This document shows, piece after piece, positions 49,437 to 61,520 of a stretch of 64,000 nucleotides of DNA. The position numbers were made by a program, and so were the translations under genes. Location: assembly GCF_963921235.1 (NCBI RefSeq), contig NC_086106.1:19344001-19408000 (forward strand). The letters are read 5' to 3'. Within the stretch, counting starts at the first letter, position 1. Each line of letters begins with the position of its first letter. The stretch is from Mobula hypostoma. Its lineage: Eukaryota. The notes under the pieces are model-generated. The model saw only the letters and a program-made list of their open reading frames with translations, searched no databases and was not told the DNA's origin.

Positions 49437-51049
49437 GACTAGATGGAATAGAGTTTTTCAAAGCTGATCAGGAATGTTTCCTTCATCTGTACGTAGAAGT
49501 CCCAACGAGAGAGTGTGCGATACTGGATCTGCTATCAGGGAATGAGAGAGGGCAGGTGACAGAAGTTTGTGTAGGGGACACTTTGCATTCAGTGACCACA
49601 ATGTCATTAGTTTCAATGTAAATATGCAAAAATATGGGTCTTGTCCGTGGATTGAGAGTCTAAATTAGAGAAGAGTCAATTTTAATGGTATCAGAAATGA
49701 TCTGACAATTGTGGGTGGGACAGGTTGTTTTCTGGCAAAGGTGTACTTGGTAAGTGGGAGGCTTCCAAAAGCGAAATATTGAGAGTACAATGTTTGTATG
49801 TGCTTGTCATGATAAAAAGTAACGATAACAACTTCAGGGAACCTTGCTTTTCAAGAGATATTGAGGCCCTGGTTAAGGGGAGAAAAGTAGGTGAATCGCA
49901 GGTATAGGCAGATAGGAACAAGTAGGGTGCTTATGGAGTATAAGAAATACAAGAGAACACTTAAGAGATAAATCAGGAGTGCTAAAAGAAGGCATGAAGT
50001 TGTTCTAGCAGACAAGGTCAAGGACTTCTACAGGTATGTTAAGAGCTGAAGAATTTCAAAGGACAAAATCGGTTCTCTGGAAGATCAGAATTGTAGTCCA
50101 TGCGTGGAGCCAGACTGATGGGAAATATCTTATTATTATTATTATTATTATTATTTTGCATTTGTATTTACTCAGGAGATGGACACAGAATCTATACAAG
50201 TGAGGCAAAGTGGCATCATGAACCCTGTACAGTTTAAAGAGGAGGAGGTGTTGGCAACCCTGAGGCAAATCAGGGTGGATAGATCCCCGGGGTTTGATAA
50301 GGTGTCTCCTCGGATCTTACGGATAGCAAGTGCAGAAATTGCTGGGGCTGCAGAAGAGATATTTAAATTATCCTAGCGACAGGAGAGGTACCAGAGAATT
50401 GGAGGATAGCTGATGTTGTTCTGCTTTTTCAAAAATGATCTAAACACAAACTAGGAAATTATAGTCCGGTGAGTCTGATCTCAGTCATGGGAAAGTTATT
50501 GGAAGGTTTCTCTCCTGTCCTGATGAAGGGTCTCGGCCCGAAACTTCGACTGTTTACTCTTTCCTATAGATGCTGCCTGGCCTGCTGAGTTCCTCTAACA
50601 TTTTGTATTGAGTATAGGAGATGGGATGTTATGTTGAAGTTGTATATTATAAGACATTGTGAGAGGAGATTTGATAGAGGTATATAAAATTATGAGGAAT
50701 ATAGAGAGGGTAAACGCAAGCAGGCTGTTCCCATTAGGGATGGGTGGTACTACAACCAAAGATCACAGGTTAAGTGTGAAAGTTGAAATGTTTAAATGGA
50801 AAGTGAAGGAAAACTTCTTCACCCAGAGGGTCGTGAGAGTGTGGGATGTATTGTCAGCACAAGTGGTGCATGCGAGTTCTTTTTCAACGTTTAAGAGAAG
50901 TTTGGATAAGTAAATGGATGGTAGGGGTATACAGGACTATGGTCCTGGCGCAGATCGATTGGAGTAGGCAGTTTAAATTGTTTCAGTATTGACTAGATGG
51001 GTCGAAGGGCCGAATTCTGCGCTGTAATTCTCTATGACTATAATAATTG
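49437..51049 (+). mobile_element. CR1 (internally deleted) inserted in ERV-B RT; contains (TAT)8 at 50131-50154
   Basis: CR1 motifs; flanks rejoin as SFLGRVNY|CRQLMPEY with ~4-5 bp (A)ATAA duplication. Confidence 0.85.
50515..50600 (+). ncRNA. Penelope-like terminus with hammerhead motif (50515-50552) inside CR1
   Basis: ctgtc-CTGATGA-agggtctcggccc-GAAACTTC-gactg plus shared tail. Confidence 0.7.
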
Positions 51050-51755
51050 ACCCTTCCCAAAAAGGAAGTCAATTCATTTCAGGTAGGGGGAGGTGGTACA
51101 TTAGTAATAGTGCAATTCGTTCTTCGGCAAGTTGCAGAGTCCCTTGATAAAGTTTGTGTCCCAAATACAGTACAGTGAGCTGAAAAAGCTGCAGTTTATT
51201 TTGGGATACCTGATGTCCCTTTTCAGCCAGGCGTATGAACAAGGCAACAGTGTCTCTTTCATAATCGACTCGGGTGGGAGAGTCAGTCAGCTGATCATCG
51301 GCATATTGTAAAATTCTACTTTCCCCTGGCAGCCCGAGGACGCTTAAATCTTGTCTGACGGCTGCGGCGTATATCGAGGGGCTCTCGGTATACCCTTGAT
51401 GCAACTTGGCCCAAGTATACTGTCTACCACTGGCTGTAAACGCAAGCAAATACTGACTTTCCTTATGTAATGGGGCTGGAGAAAAACAGGTCAGAACAGA
51501 GGCCTTTAACAGAATGACATTCAGATGCGGCAGGAATCCTGAAGAGGATAACGTTAGTATCGGTACTACGAGAGAAAGAGGTACGACTACCTTGTTAATA
51601 GCCCTTAGGTCTTGTACAGAACGCCGCTCAGTATCACGACCTGGTTTCGGAATTGGTAAAATAGGAGAGAACAGCATTAGCCTTCAAACGTACTTTGCGT
51701 GGCGGGGCAGAATGTGCAAGTTCCTCGTGATTTTAGACTCTTGGTTGATCAGGAC
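51050..51755 (-). mobile_element. pol: ERV-B reverse transcriptase pseudogene (class I / epsilon-like)
   Basis: SPILPIPKPG, VQDLRAIN, QYLLAFT, QYTWAKLHQGYTESPSIY, LQYADD, GHQVSQNKLQ. Confidence 0.92.
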
Positions 51756-51756
51756 A

Positions 51757-51905
51757 TGAAGGGATACGGGGGAAGGCAGGAGATTGGGGCTGAGAGGAAA
51801 ATTGCATCAGCCGCTATGAAATGGTGGAGAGACTCGATGGGCCAAATGGCCTAATTCTAAACCTATATCTTATGGTCTTATGATTTTATCATCATTTATG
51901 ATTTT
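51757..51905 (+). mobile_element. Short CR1 3' tail insertion
   Basis: atgaagggatacggggg...atggcctaattct plus repeated tatgattttatcatcatt tail. Confidence 0.75.
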
Positions 51906-53644
51906 ATCATCATTTTATGATTTTACGGTTTTATCAGCCACAGGGAGGAAGGAACCTGCGAAAGTAACAAGGGTGCGGAATGCTCGGGAAGAGAAGCGGG
52001 AGCAAGCAATTAAAAACTTTGTTGTAACGAGGAAAGGGACGAGGATTATACACCCAGCTTGCGCGGAATAAAGCTGCTAAGGAGCATTAGTATTAGACAG
52101 AGCTATACACAGTGTGGCGTTTAACTCCTGTAAACTTGTAAGCATTGGTCTGGATAGTTTAGGAGTCTCAGGAGGTTTGATGGCAATAGTGACATGAGGT
52201 GTTGAACTTGGCATTTTAAATAATTCTTTCTGTTCCTCACTCATTGACAACGCCGCCGCTATCCCTGCTGGACCGTAATAGATGCGTCAGATAAAAGAAA
52301 GATTTTCTGCTCTATTAAGTACGGAAAGGACACTTAGATAATAATTTGGTCGAGATGTTTCAGTGTATTGTGTGGTGCAATGTAAATGCATCAGAGGATT
52401 TAATGTCAGAACAAGGTGTCATGGGCAGTTTAAGAGTGTCTGTACTGCTAGACAGCTGTCCTGCAAGTCTGTTCCAACAGAAAACTCACGCGTGTCACGG
52501 AAACAGGAAATAAATTTATATTTTCTCCCGGTGTTTATTTTGCATACACACAGTGACCTCTCCAAAATCACCATGCTTACGGGTTGCGTCATCAATGGCA
52601 AATTTACACTGTCCCCTTAAGCATGTTTCCCTGGTAACGTTATCAACGTCACCATCGTTTCATACCTAATCTCCCTCTGTTCCTCTGGGGATTTCTAAAG
52701 TACTTTGTCCTGTCTGTTAAGTCGCTCCGTACATCACTTTCAATAACATCTGAATATCTCCAGGCAAGTGGTTATAAATTTCTCAAATTTGTCCCAACCA
52801 ATTATGGACGGCGCGAGGTTTCCTGATGGGATTAGGAGCAGCCTGTACTGTCGCCTGAACTTCGGACGGGGTCCACGGCTGGATTTACCGCGGTAGTGCC
52901 AATCATATTTTTTGGATATTGCGTACCAGGATTTAGTTCTGACCGCTTCTTTTTGACCTCTCCCCCACTTTTCCTGTTCTACTGCGCAAGTTCTCGGCAT
53001 GTCCCACTTTTTCAATCCCCTCAACTGGTGCAGAAGGGACCCTGAAAAAGGACTAATCTTTCCCAGACAATTCTTTGGCTCGGGGCTGGTCCTCCTCATG
53101 ACGCTCGGTTTCGATTGCTTGAGCATTATAAGGCGGGGGTTCGGGCACTCGATCCTGTCGTATGGATTCTGCTAACATTAAAATTTCGTCCAGACCTGCG
53201 TTCGGGCGGGGCTACAGGCGAGGGTATAAGCCTTGACGCATCCCCTTCTTTTGTTTGGAAATCGTTTGGTCAGTCTCAGTTTTTTATTTAGTTTCGAAGG
53301 TTGACGTCGCTTAGTTAGTTCCAGCCAAGTCCAGTCCACTGACATTCAGCAACACGAGTGCACACCGCCAAACGAGACAACGCCTCCCCGGACCAGGGCG
53401 CAAATCACAGCAACACACACAACGCCCAACAGCTGAGAGTGTAACGATAAAACCTACAGATGATTAACGCACAAATAAACAAAGTAACGTGCATAAATTA
53501 AAAACGTCGTCACATAATTATAATCTCACGTAGGATCTATCTCTGCTACCACCTTCTTGCTTAAAATATTCCATTTTCTTTGAATCAAAAGACCTCCCAC
53601 AAGGGCAGCGGTCATGTGTCCAACCACAGAAGTCTCTACGAAAA
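51906..53644 (-). mobile_element. gag: ERV-B gag (and possible pro) pseudogene, probably internally deleted
   Basis: GWTHD.CP.GRSFDSKK matrix-like motif; LYPRL and PPPY late domains in one frame (53128-53230). Confidence 0.75.
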
Positions 53645-56600
53645 CATAAAACATGGAACATAGAATAGTACAGCACAGTACAGGCCCTTCGGCCCACAAT
53701 GTTGTGCTGACCCTCAAACCCTGCCTCCCATATAAGCCCCCACCTTAGATTCCTCCATATACCTGTCTAGTAGTCTCTTAAACTTCACTGGTGTATCTGC
53801 CTCCACCACTGACTCAGGTAGTGCATTCCAAGCACCAACCACTCTCTAAGTTAAAAAACCTTCCTCTAATATCGCCCTTGAACTTCCCACCCCTTACCTT
53901 AAAGCCATGTCCTCTTGTATTGAGCAGTGGTGCCCTGGGGAAGAGGCGCTGGCTATCCACTCTATCTATTCCTCTTATTATCTTGTACACCTCTATCATG
54001 TCTCCTCTCATCCTCCTTCTCTCCAAAGAGTAAAGCCCTAGCTCCCTTAATCTCTGATCATAATGCATATTTTCTAAACCAGGCAGCATCCTGGTAAATC
54101 TCCTCTGTACCCTTTCCAATGCTTCTACATCCTCCCTATAGTGAGGTGACCAGAACTGGACACAGTACTCCAAGTGTGGCCTAACCAGAGTTTTATAGAG
54201 CTGCATCATTACATCGCGACTCTTGAACTCTATCCCTCGACTTATGAAAGCTAACACCCCATAAGCTTTCTTAACTACCCTATCCACCTGTGGGGCAACT
54301 TACAGGGATCTGTGGACATGTACCCCGAGATCCCTCTGCTCCTCCACACTACCAAGTATCCTGCCATTTACTTTGTACTCTGTCTTGCAGTTTGTCCTTC
54401 CAAAGTGTACCACCTCACACCTCTCCTGGTTGAACTCCATCTGCCACTTCTCAGCCCACTTCTGCATCCTATCAATGTCTCTCTGCAATCTTTGACAATC
54501 CTCTACACTATCTACAACACCACCAACCTTTGTGTCGTCTGCAAACTTGCCAACCCACCCTTCTACCCCGACACCCAGGTTCGTTTATAAAAATCACGAA
54601 AAGTAGAGGTCCCAGAACAGATCCTTGCGGGACACCACTAGTCACAATCCTGCAATCTGAATGTACTCCCTCCACCACCACCCTCTGCCTTCTGCGGGCA
54701 AGCCAATTCTGAATCCACCTGGCCAAACTTCCCTGGATCCCATGCCTTCTAACTTTCTAAATAAGCCTACCGTGTGGAACCTTGTCAAATGCCTTACTAA
54801 AATCCATATAGATCACATCCACTGCACTACCCTCATCTATATGCCTGGTCACCTCCTCAAAGAACTCTATCAGGCTTGTTAGACACTATCTGCCCTTCAC
54901 AAATCCATGCTGACTGTCCCTGATCAGACCATGATTCTCTAAATGCCTATAGATCCTATCTCTAAGAATCTTTTCCACCAGCTTTCCTACCACAGACGTA
55001 AGGCTCACTGGTCTATAATTACCCGGACTATCCCTACTACCTTTTTTGAACAAGGGACCAACATTCGCCTCCCTCCAATCCTCCGGTACCATTCCCATGG
55101 ACAACGAGGACATAAAGATCCTAGCCAGAGGCTCAGCAATCTCTTCTCTCGCCTCGTGGAGCAGCCTAGGGAATATTCTGTCAGGCCACGGGGACTTATC
55201 TGTCCTAATGTATTTTAACAACTCCAACACCTCCTCTCCCTTAATATCAACATGCTCCAGAACATCAACCTCACTCATATTGTCCTCACCATCATCAAGT
55301 TCCCTCTCATTGGTGAATTTCGAAGAGAAGTATTCATTGAGGACTTCGCTCAGTTCCACAGCCTCCAGGCACATCTTCCCACCTTTATCTCTAATCGGTC
55401 CTACCTTCACTCCTGTCATCCTTTTTTTCTTCACATAATTGAAGAATGCCTCGGGGTTTTCCTTTACCCTACTCACCAAGGCCTTCTCATACCCCCTTCT
55501 TGCTCTTCTCAGCCCCTTCTTAAGCTCCTTTCTTGCTTCCCTATATTCCTCAATAGACCCATCTGATCCTTGCTTCCTAAATCTCATGCATGCTGCCTTC
55601 TTCCGCCTGACTAGATTTTTCACCTCACTTGTCACCCATGGTTCCTTCACCCTACGATTCTTTATCTTCCTTACCGGGACAAATTTATCCCTAACATCCC
55701 GCAAGAGATCTCTAAACATCGACCACATGTCCATAGTACATTTCCCTGCAAAAACGTCATCCCAATTCACACCCACAAGTTCTAGCCTTATAGCCTCATA
55801 ATTTGCCTTTCCCCAATTAAAAATTTTCCTGTCTTCTTTGATTCTATCCTTTTCCATGATAATTATAAAGGCCTGGGAGCGGTGGTCACCGTCCCCCAGA
55901 TGCTCACCCACTGAGAGATCTGTGACCTGACCCGGTTCATTACCTAGTACTAGATCTAGTATGGCATTTCTCCTGGTCGGCCTGTCCACATACTGTGACA
56001 GGAATCCATCCTGGACACACTTAACAAACTCTGCTCCATCTAAACCCTTGGAACTAATCAGGTGCCAATCAATATTAGGGAAGTTAAAGTCACCCATGAT
56101 AACAACCCTGTTATTTTTGCACCTTTCCAAAATCTGCCTCCCAGTCTGCTCCTCTGTATCTCTGATGCTACCAGGGGCCTATAGAATACCCCCATAAGAG
56201 TAACTGCTCCCTTCCTGTTCCTGACTTCCACCCATATTGACTCAAAAGAGGATCCTGCTACATTACCCACCCTTTCTGTAGCTGTCATAGTATCCCTGAC
56301 CAGTAATTCCACCCCTCCTCCCCCTTTTCCGCCCTCTCTATCCCTTAGAAAGCACTGAAATCCAGGAATATTGAGAATCCATTCCTGCCCTGGTGCCAGC
56401 CAAGTCTGTGTCATGGCCACTACATCATAATTCCATGTATGTATCCAAGCTCTCAGTTCATCACCTTTGTTCCTGATGCTTCTTGCATTGAGGTTCACAC
56501 ATTTCAGCCCTTCTACCTTACTGTCTTTACGCCGTTTGTTTTGTTTCTCTTTCCTCAAAGCCTCTCTGTATGTTAGATCTGGCTTTACTCCATGCACTTC

Positions 56601-57701
56601 TTTCACTGCACTATCGCTCTGGGTCCCATCCCCTTCGCAAATTAGTTTAAACTCTCCTGAACCATGCTAGCAAACCTACCTGCAAGGATATTGCTCCCCC
56701 TCGAGTTCAGGTGCTACCCATCCAATCTGTACAGGTCCCACCTTCCCCAGAAGAGATCCCAATGATCTAAAAATCTAAATCCCTGCCCCCTGCACCAACT
56801 CCTCAGCCATGCATTCAACTGCCATCTCCTCCAATTCTTACCATCACTGTCACGTTGCACTGGCAGCAATCCTGAGAGCGTCACCCTTGAGGTCCTGTTC
56901 TTCAGCCTTCTGTCTAGTTCCCGAAACTCACACTTCAGGACCTCATCCCTCTTCCTGCCTACGTCGTTGGTCCCAGCATGTATGACTACTTCTGGTTGCT
57001 TTCCCTCTCGTACCAGGATGTCGTGCACCCGATCAAAGACATCCCGGACCCTGGCACCCGGGAGGCATCAAACCATGCGGGTGTCCTTCTCACGTCCACA
57101 AAATCTCCTGTCTGCTCCCCTGACTATAGGGTCTCCAATGACGACAGCTCTCCTCTTCTCCGTCCCACCCTTCTGCACCACATGGTCAGACTCTGTGCCG
57201 GAGGCCCGGCCACCATGGCTCACACCTGGCGGTCATCCCCGCCAACAGTATCCAGGACAGTAAACTTATTATTCAGGGGAATGGCTACAGGGGTGCTCTG
57301 CACTACCTGTCTGCTCACCTTCGCTTTCCCCCCTCTGACTGTCACCCAACGACCTGCTTCCGACAGCCTAGGTGTGACTACCTCCCGGTAGCTCTCATCT
57401 ACGACTGCCTCATTCTCCCTTATGAGTCGAAGGTCATCCAGCTGCTGCTCCAGATTCCTTACACGGTCTTCCATATCGCCCAGCCATATGCACTTCTGGC
57501 AGATGTGACTCTGCGGGAGAGGGGAGTTCCCCCAAGACTGCCACACCTCACATGAGAGGCACATCACCATCTCAGGAGACATTGTAAAAACTAACTGGGA
57601 ACAAGCTCGTCCTACGCCTCTTCTCGTCGAAGCCTCTCGAGTCAAAGCCGCAAAGCTCCGCTCCTTCACTGGCACACTCACGCACTGGCCACTTTCCACT
57701 G
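53645..57701 (-). mobile_element. Near full-length CR1 (ORF1 zinc finger + SGNH esterase; ORF2 endonuclease + RT), 5-bp GAAAA TSD
   Basis: CLSC..HICQKC, HAGTNDVG, NLNARSI, MGDFNFPNIDW, YRPVSLTS, RT C-terminus; GAAAA at 53640-53644 and 57702-57706. Confidence 0.95.
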
Positions 57702-58080
57702 GAAAAGGAATTACATACCTGCTATCTCCAATTTCCAATCAGACCGCATCAACAGGGGAGCCTGGCTGCACCTACGGCTCTTCCGGGGATTTCTCACTCG
57801 TTTAGTCTCCTGGAGCTTCTTTCTCGTATTTTTCTTTATCTTTACAGGGAAATCTCTCTCTCCGCATTCCTAATCAATTTTACTGTTACTACTTCCCATC
57901 CTCCTGCAGTCTAATTACGCGGCCCCGCGAAGGAAAAAGCAGTCAGTCGCAAGCGCGAAGGAAATTTCGTCCCATTCGCCTCTTGGTCTAATTGATATAA
58001 TTCTTTAACTTTACGAGATGCTGCGTTTTTCCCGCTTGATCTAGCCGATCCCATCTTTCCTATCCGATCACGGGCCAGGA
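57702..58080 (-). mobile_element. gag: ERV-B leader and gag N-terminus; tentative tRNA-His-like PBS at 58062-58077
   Basis: ATG GGA AGT AGT AAC AGT AAA (MGSSNSK) at 57899; PGSPVDAV..YVIPF joins in frame to RRDFCGWTHD across the CR1; TGGCCCGTGATCGGAT is a gapped match to TGGTGCCGTGACTCGGAT. Confidence 0.65.
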
Positions 58081-58842
58081 TCAGGGGGTCTCAAAGTGGA
58101 TCACGCAGCGGGGTAGGGTGGGGGGCTAACTCGAAGGTACCTTTCCTCACCCCAGCAGACTGCACGTTGAGAGACAAATGAAAGGCCTCGTCACAACGTG
58201 TTTGAGGCAAGGAAAGTTAAGGTTGAAATGACAGGAGGTGATCGCAGCTGGACAGCCGGTTTAATCACAGAGAATTACTGGTAGGATACTGTGGAAAAAG
58301 TCAATTTGCCTATTCAGTCTATTTTGTTTGTATTCAAAAGCAAACCAGCATGTCTCCCTGTCTTGTCTGTTCCCTCGTTCTGTAGTTTGTTGTCTTTCAA
58401 TTTTCCATTTCCCTTTTGAACGTCACGATTGGATCAGCTTCCTCTATCTGGCACAGCAGTGATTTCTTGACAAAAGCCTCTCACTGCATAAAACATTCCT
58501 TCCTGATGTGACTCGGATCCTTTTGTCAACCCCACTCATTCTACACCCTCTACGTCCACCAGCATCCAGGAGGCTGGAACTCTCCCAGAATCCTCACAGT
58601 GGGATTCGATGAGGCCGCTGGAAAAAGCCAAACGCCTGCTGACGCTCCTTTTTAAGTCTCTCTCCCCAAACTGTGTGTAGCCTCCCCTCTCGCCACCATG
58701 AAAAGCCCAAAGCCCACAAATGCTACTTTTTACATCTCTCGCCATGGCCTATGCGGGTATGTGTGGACTCTTCCCTTGTTCAATTGGGCCACCAGCAAAA
58801 CTTCAGTAGAACTGGCACGCCTTTACCTTGGTGACACAGCAG

Positions 58843-61169
58843 ACGACGGCAAGCGGGAGAGTCTGGATCAGCCACTGACCCTGGACGAGCTGACAGGCTC
58901 CATCCGTTCCTTTGGGTCGGGTAAGACTCCCGGAAGCGACGGCTTACCTGCTGAGTTGTACTCGGCTCTGTGGAACTGGATGGGCCCAGACCTGCTGGAA
59001 GTGTACAACGCTATGCTTCTGGCCGGCAGTATGTCTGAGTCCATGAGGAAGGGCATCATCACCCTCATCTACAAGCAGAAGGGGGAAAGGGAGGACATTA
59101 GAAATTGGAGCCCCATCTCTCTCCTGAACGTGGACTACAAGATCCTGTCCAAGGCTATCGCCAACAGGGTCAAGTCTGCTCTAGGACAGGTGATTCACCC
59201 AGACCAAACCTGTTCTGTACCGGGCAGGAAGATCTCAGACAGCCTCGCGCTGCTGAGGGACACCATCGCCTACGGGCAGGACAGGGGGGTGAACGCCTGC
59301 CTAGTCAGCTTGGACCAGGAGAAAGCCCTCGACCGGATATCGCACACGTACATGGCGGACGTGCTCTCCAAAATGGGATTTGGGGAGGGAATCCGGAATT
59401 GGATCAGACTGCTCTACACAGACATCCGTAGTGCAGTGCAGGTCAAAGGGTGGGAAACAGACAGCTTCCCCATCAGGTCTGGAGTCAGGCAGGGCTGTCC
59501 CCTCTCCCCTGTCTTGTTTGTCTGCTGCATAGAACCCTTTGCGGAAGCGATCAGGAGGGATGAGGGCATAAGAGGGGTGACGCTGCCAGGCAGTGGAGGG
59601 ACCCAAGTGAAAACCTCCCTGTACATGGACGACGTCACCGTCTTCTGCTCTGATCCGAGGTCAGTTCGCAGGTTGATTGGCATCTGAGAACAGTTCGAGC
59701 TAGCGTCGGGGGCCAGGGTCAACCACACGAAGAGCGAAGCCATGCTCTTCGGCAACTGGCCCGACCGATCCAGCGTCCCCTTCACCATCAGGTCTGACCA
59801 CGTGAAGGTGTTGGGGATCTGGTTCGGAGGGGCTGAGGCGTGCAACAAGAACTGGCAGGAGCGGACTGCCAAGGTGAAACAGAAACTGGGACTGTGGGGA
59901 GGGCGCTCCCTGTGGATAACGGGCAAGAACCTGGTCATCAGGTGTGAGGTGCTCTCAGGGCTGCTGTACTTGGCGCAGGTCTGGCCCGTCCCCCGCTCCT
60001 ACAACTCGGAAATCACCCGAGCTGTCTTCAGATTCGTCTGGGGATCCAAGATGGAGCGGGTGAGACGGACTGTCATGCACAAGTCCCTGGACAACGGGGG
60101 CAAGAACGTCCCCAATGTCTCCCTCACCCTGATGGCCAGCTTCGTATGTGGCTGCATCAGGTTGTGTGTAGAGCCCAGGTATGTGGGCACCAAGTACCAC
60201 TATGTGCCTGGGTTCTACTTGTCGCCCTGGCTACGAAGGATGGGTCTGGCCCCACTCCCGCGCAACGCCCCAGTCAGCTGGTCGTTGCCTGCATACCTGT
60301 CCTACGTAGCAAAGTTCTTCCAGGAGAACGCCTTTGACCACAGGGCCATCAGGCAGTGGTCGGCACGTAGTGTCCTGCAGGCACTGCAGGAGAAGGACGT
60401 GATGGACACAGTGGGGTTGTTCCCTGAGCAGACTGTCCAGTTCATCTGGCAAAATGCCTCATCGCCAGATGTCACCAACAGGCACCAAGACCTCGCCTGG
60501 CTAGCAGTGAGAGGGGCCCTCCCAGTCAGAGCCCTCCTGTACGCCCGGAACGTCGTCTCCGCACCCCACTGCCCACGGGAGGACTGCAGTGAGGAGGAGT
60601 CTGTGACCCACCTCTTTGCACACTGCCAGTTCGCAAAGAGGGTGTGGAGGAGGGTGGACGGGCTAGTGTCACGTTTTATCCCCAGCAGCTGCGTAACAGA
60701 GGACTCTCTGATCTACGGGCTGTTCCCGGGGACACACACGGAGACCAACATCCGGTGCTGCTGGCAGATCACCAACTCGGTGAAAGACGCTCTTTGGTCG
60801 GCCCGAAACTTGATGATCTACCAGCACATGGAGATGTCCGTGGGAGAATGCTGCCGACTGGCACATTCTCGGCTGCAGGAGTACGTGCTGAGGGACGCAC
60901 TGAAACTCGGTGCAGCCACCGCAAGGGCCCGGTGGAGAAGGACCACGGTATAGATTTCTCCACCCACGGGAGTGTGAGGGGTCGGGTGGCGGGGATTATA
61001 CCCCTCAACAATGATGTGGTAAGGTGAACAACTGGAGTGCCACGTGGGTGGCCATAAATATGGATATGTACTGACTATAATGGAAACGTATGTAAAGGAT
61101 GGAAAATTATTGAATGGTTTATTGTATATATTTATTTTTGAATAAAGTATATTTTGAAATTTTAAAAAA
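58843..61169 (+). mobile_element. 5'-truncated Tx1 (L1-superfamily) LINE ORF2, one in-frame stop at 59685-59687
   Basis: KTPGSDGLPAELY, ISLLNVDYKIL, GVRQGCPLSP, LYMDDV, C-terminal CxxxxCxxxESVTHLF..C; AATAAA and A tail; GCAG TSD 58839-58842 / 61170-61173. Confidence 0.93.
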
Positions 61170-61520
61170 GCAGTAGAAACTGAAAGCAGTTTCAAACTCC
61201 AGGGAGTACACAGTTCACACAAACTCTCATCGTCCCTGAACACATTCTACACAGTCAGGAAAGCTCACCAATACCTCTACTTTCTGACGAGGCTGAAGAC
61301 AGCGGGACTTTGCAGATCCACACCCGCATCATTGTTCAGATGTACAGTAGAGAGCTTCCTAACAAGCTGCTTCACTGCTTGGTGATGTAAAACAAATTTC
61401 ACAACATTAAAGCTGATTCTGATTCTGATTCTTCTGGTACAGAAACTGAACTGCAGAGGACAGGAAGGCTCTACAATGGGTAGTTAACACCGTTCAGTAC
61501 ATCAGCCTACCCGCTGTTTA
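61170..61520 (+). mobile_element. Rex1/L2-like fragment with nested (CTGATT)n-tailed insert, copy A
   Basis: Colinear with 63160-63560 including the nested piece. Confidence 0.7.

Noticed and set aside
57702-57738. N-terminus of ORF 57220-57738 as CR1 ORF1
   Set aside because: These residues (EIGDSRYVIPF) are ERV gag sequence beyond the CR1 5' junction
58698-58842. N-terminal 48 aa of the Tx1 ORF
   Set aside because: Lies outside the TSD-defined insertion; fortuitous in-frame flank
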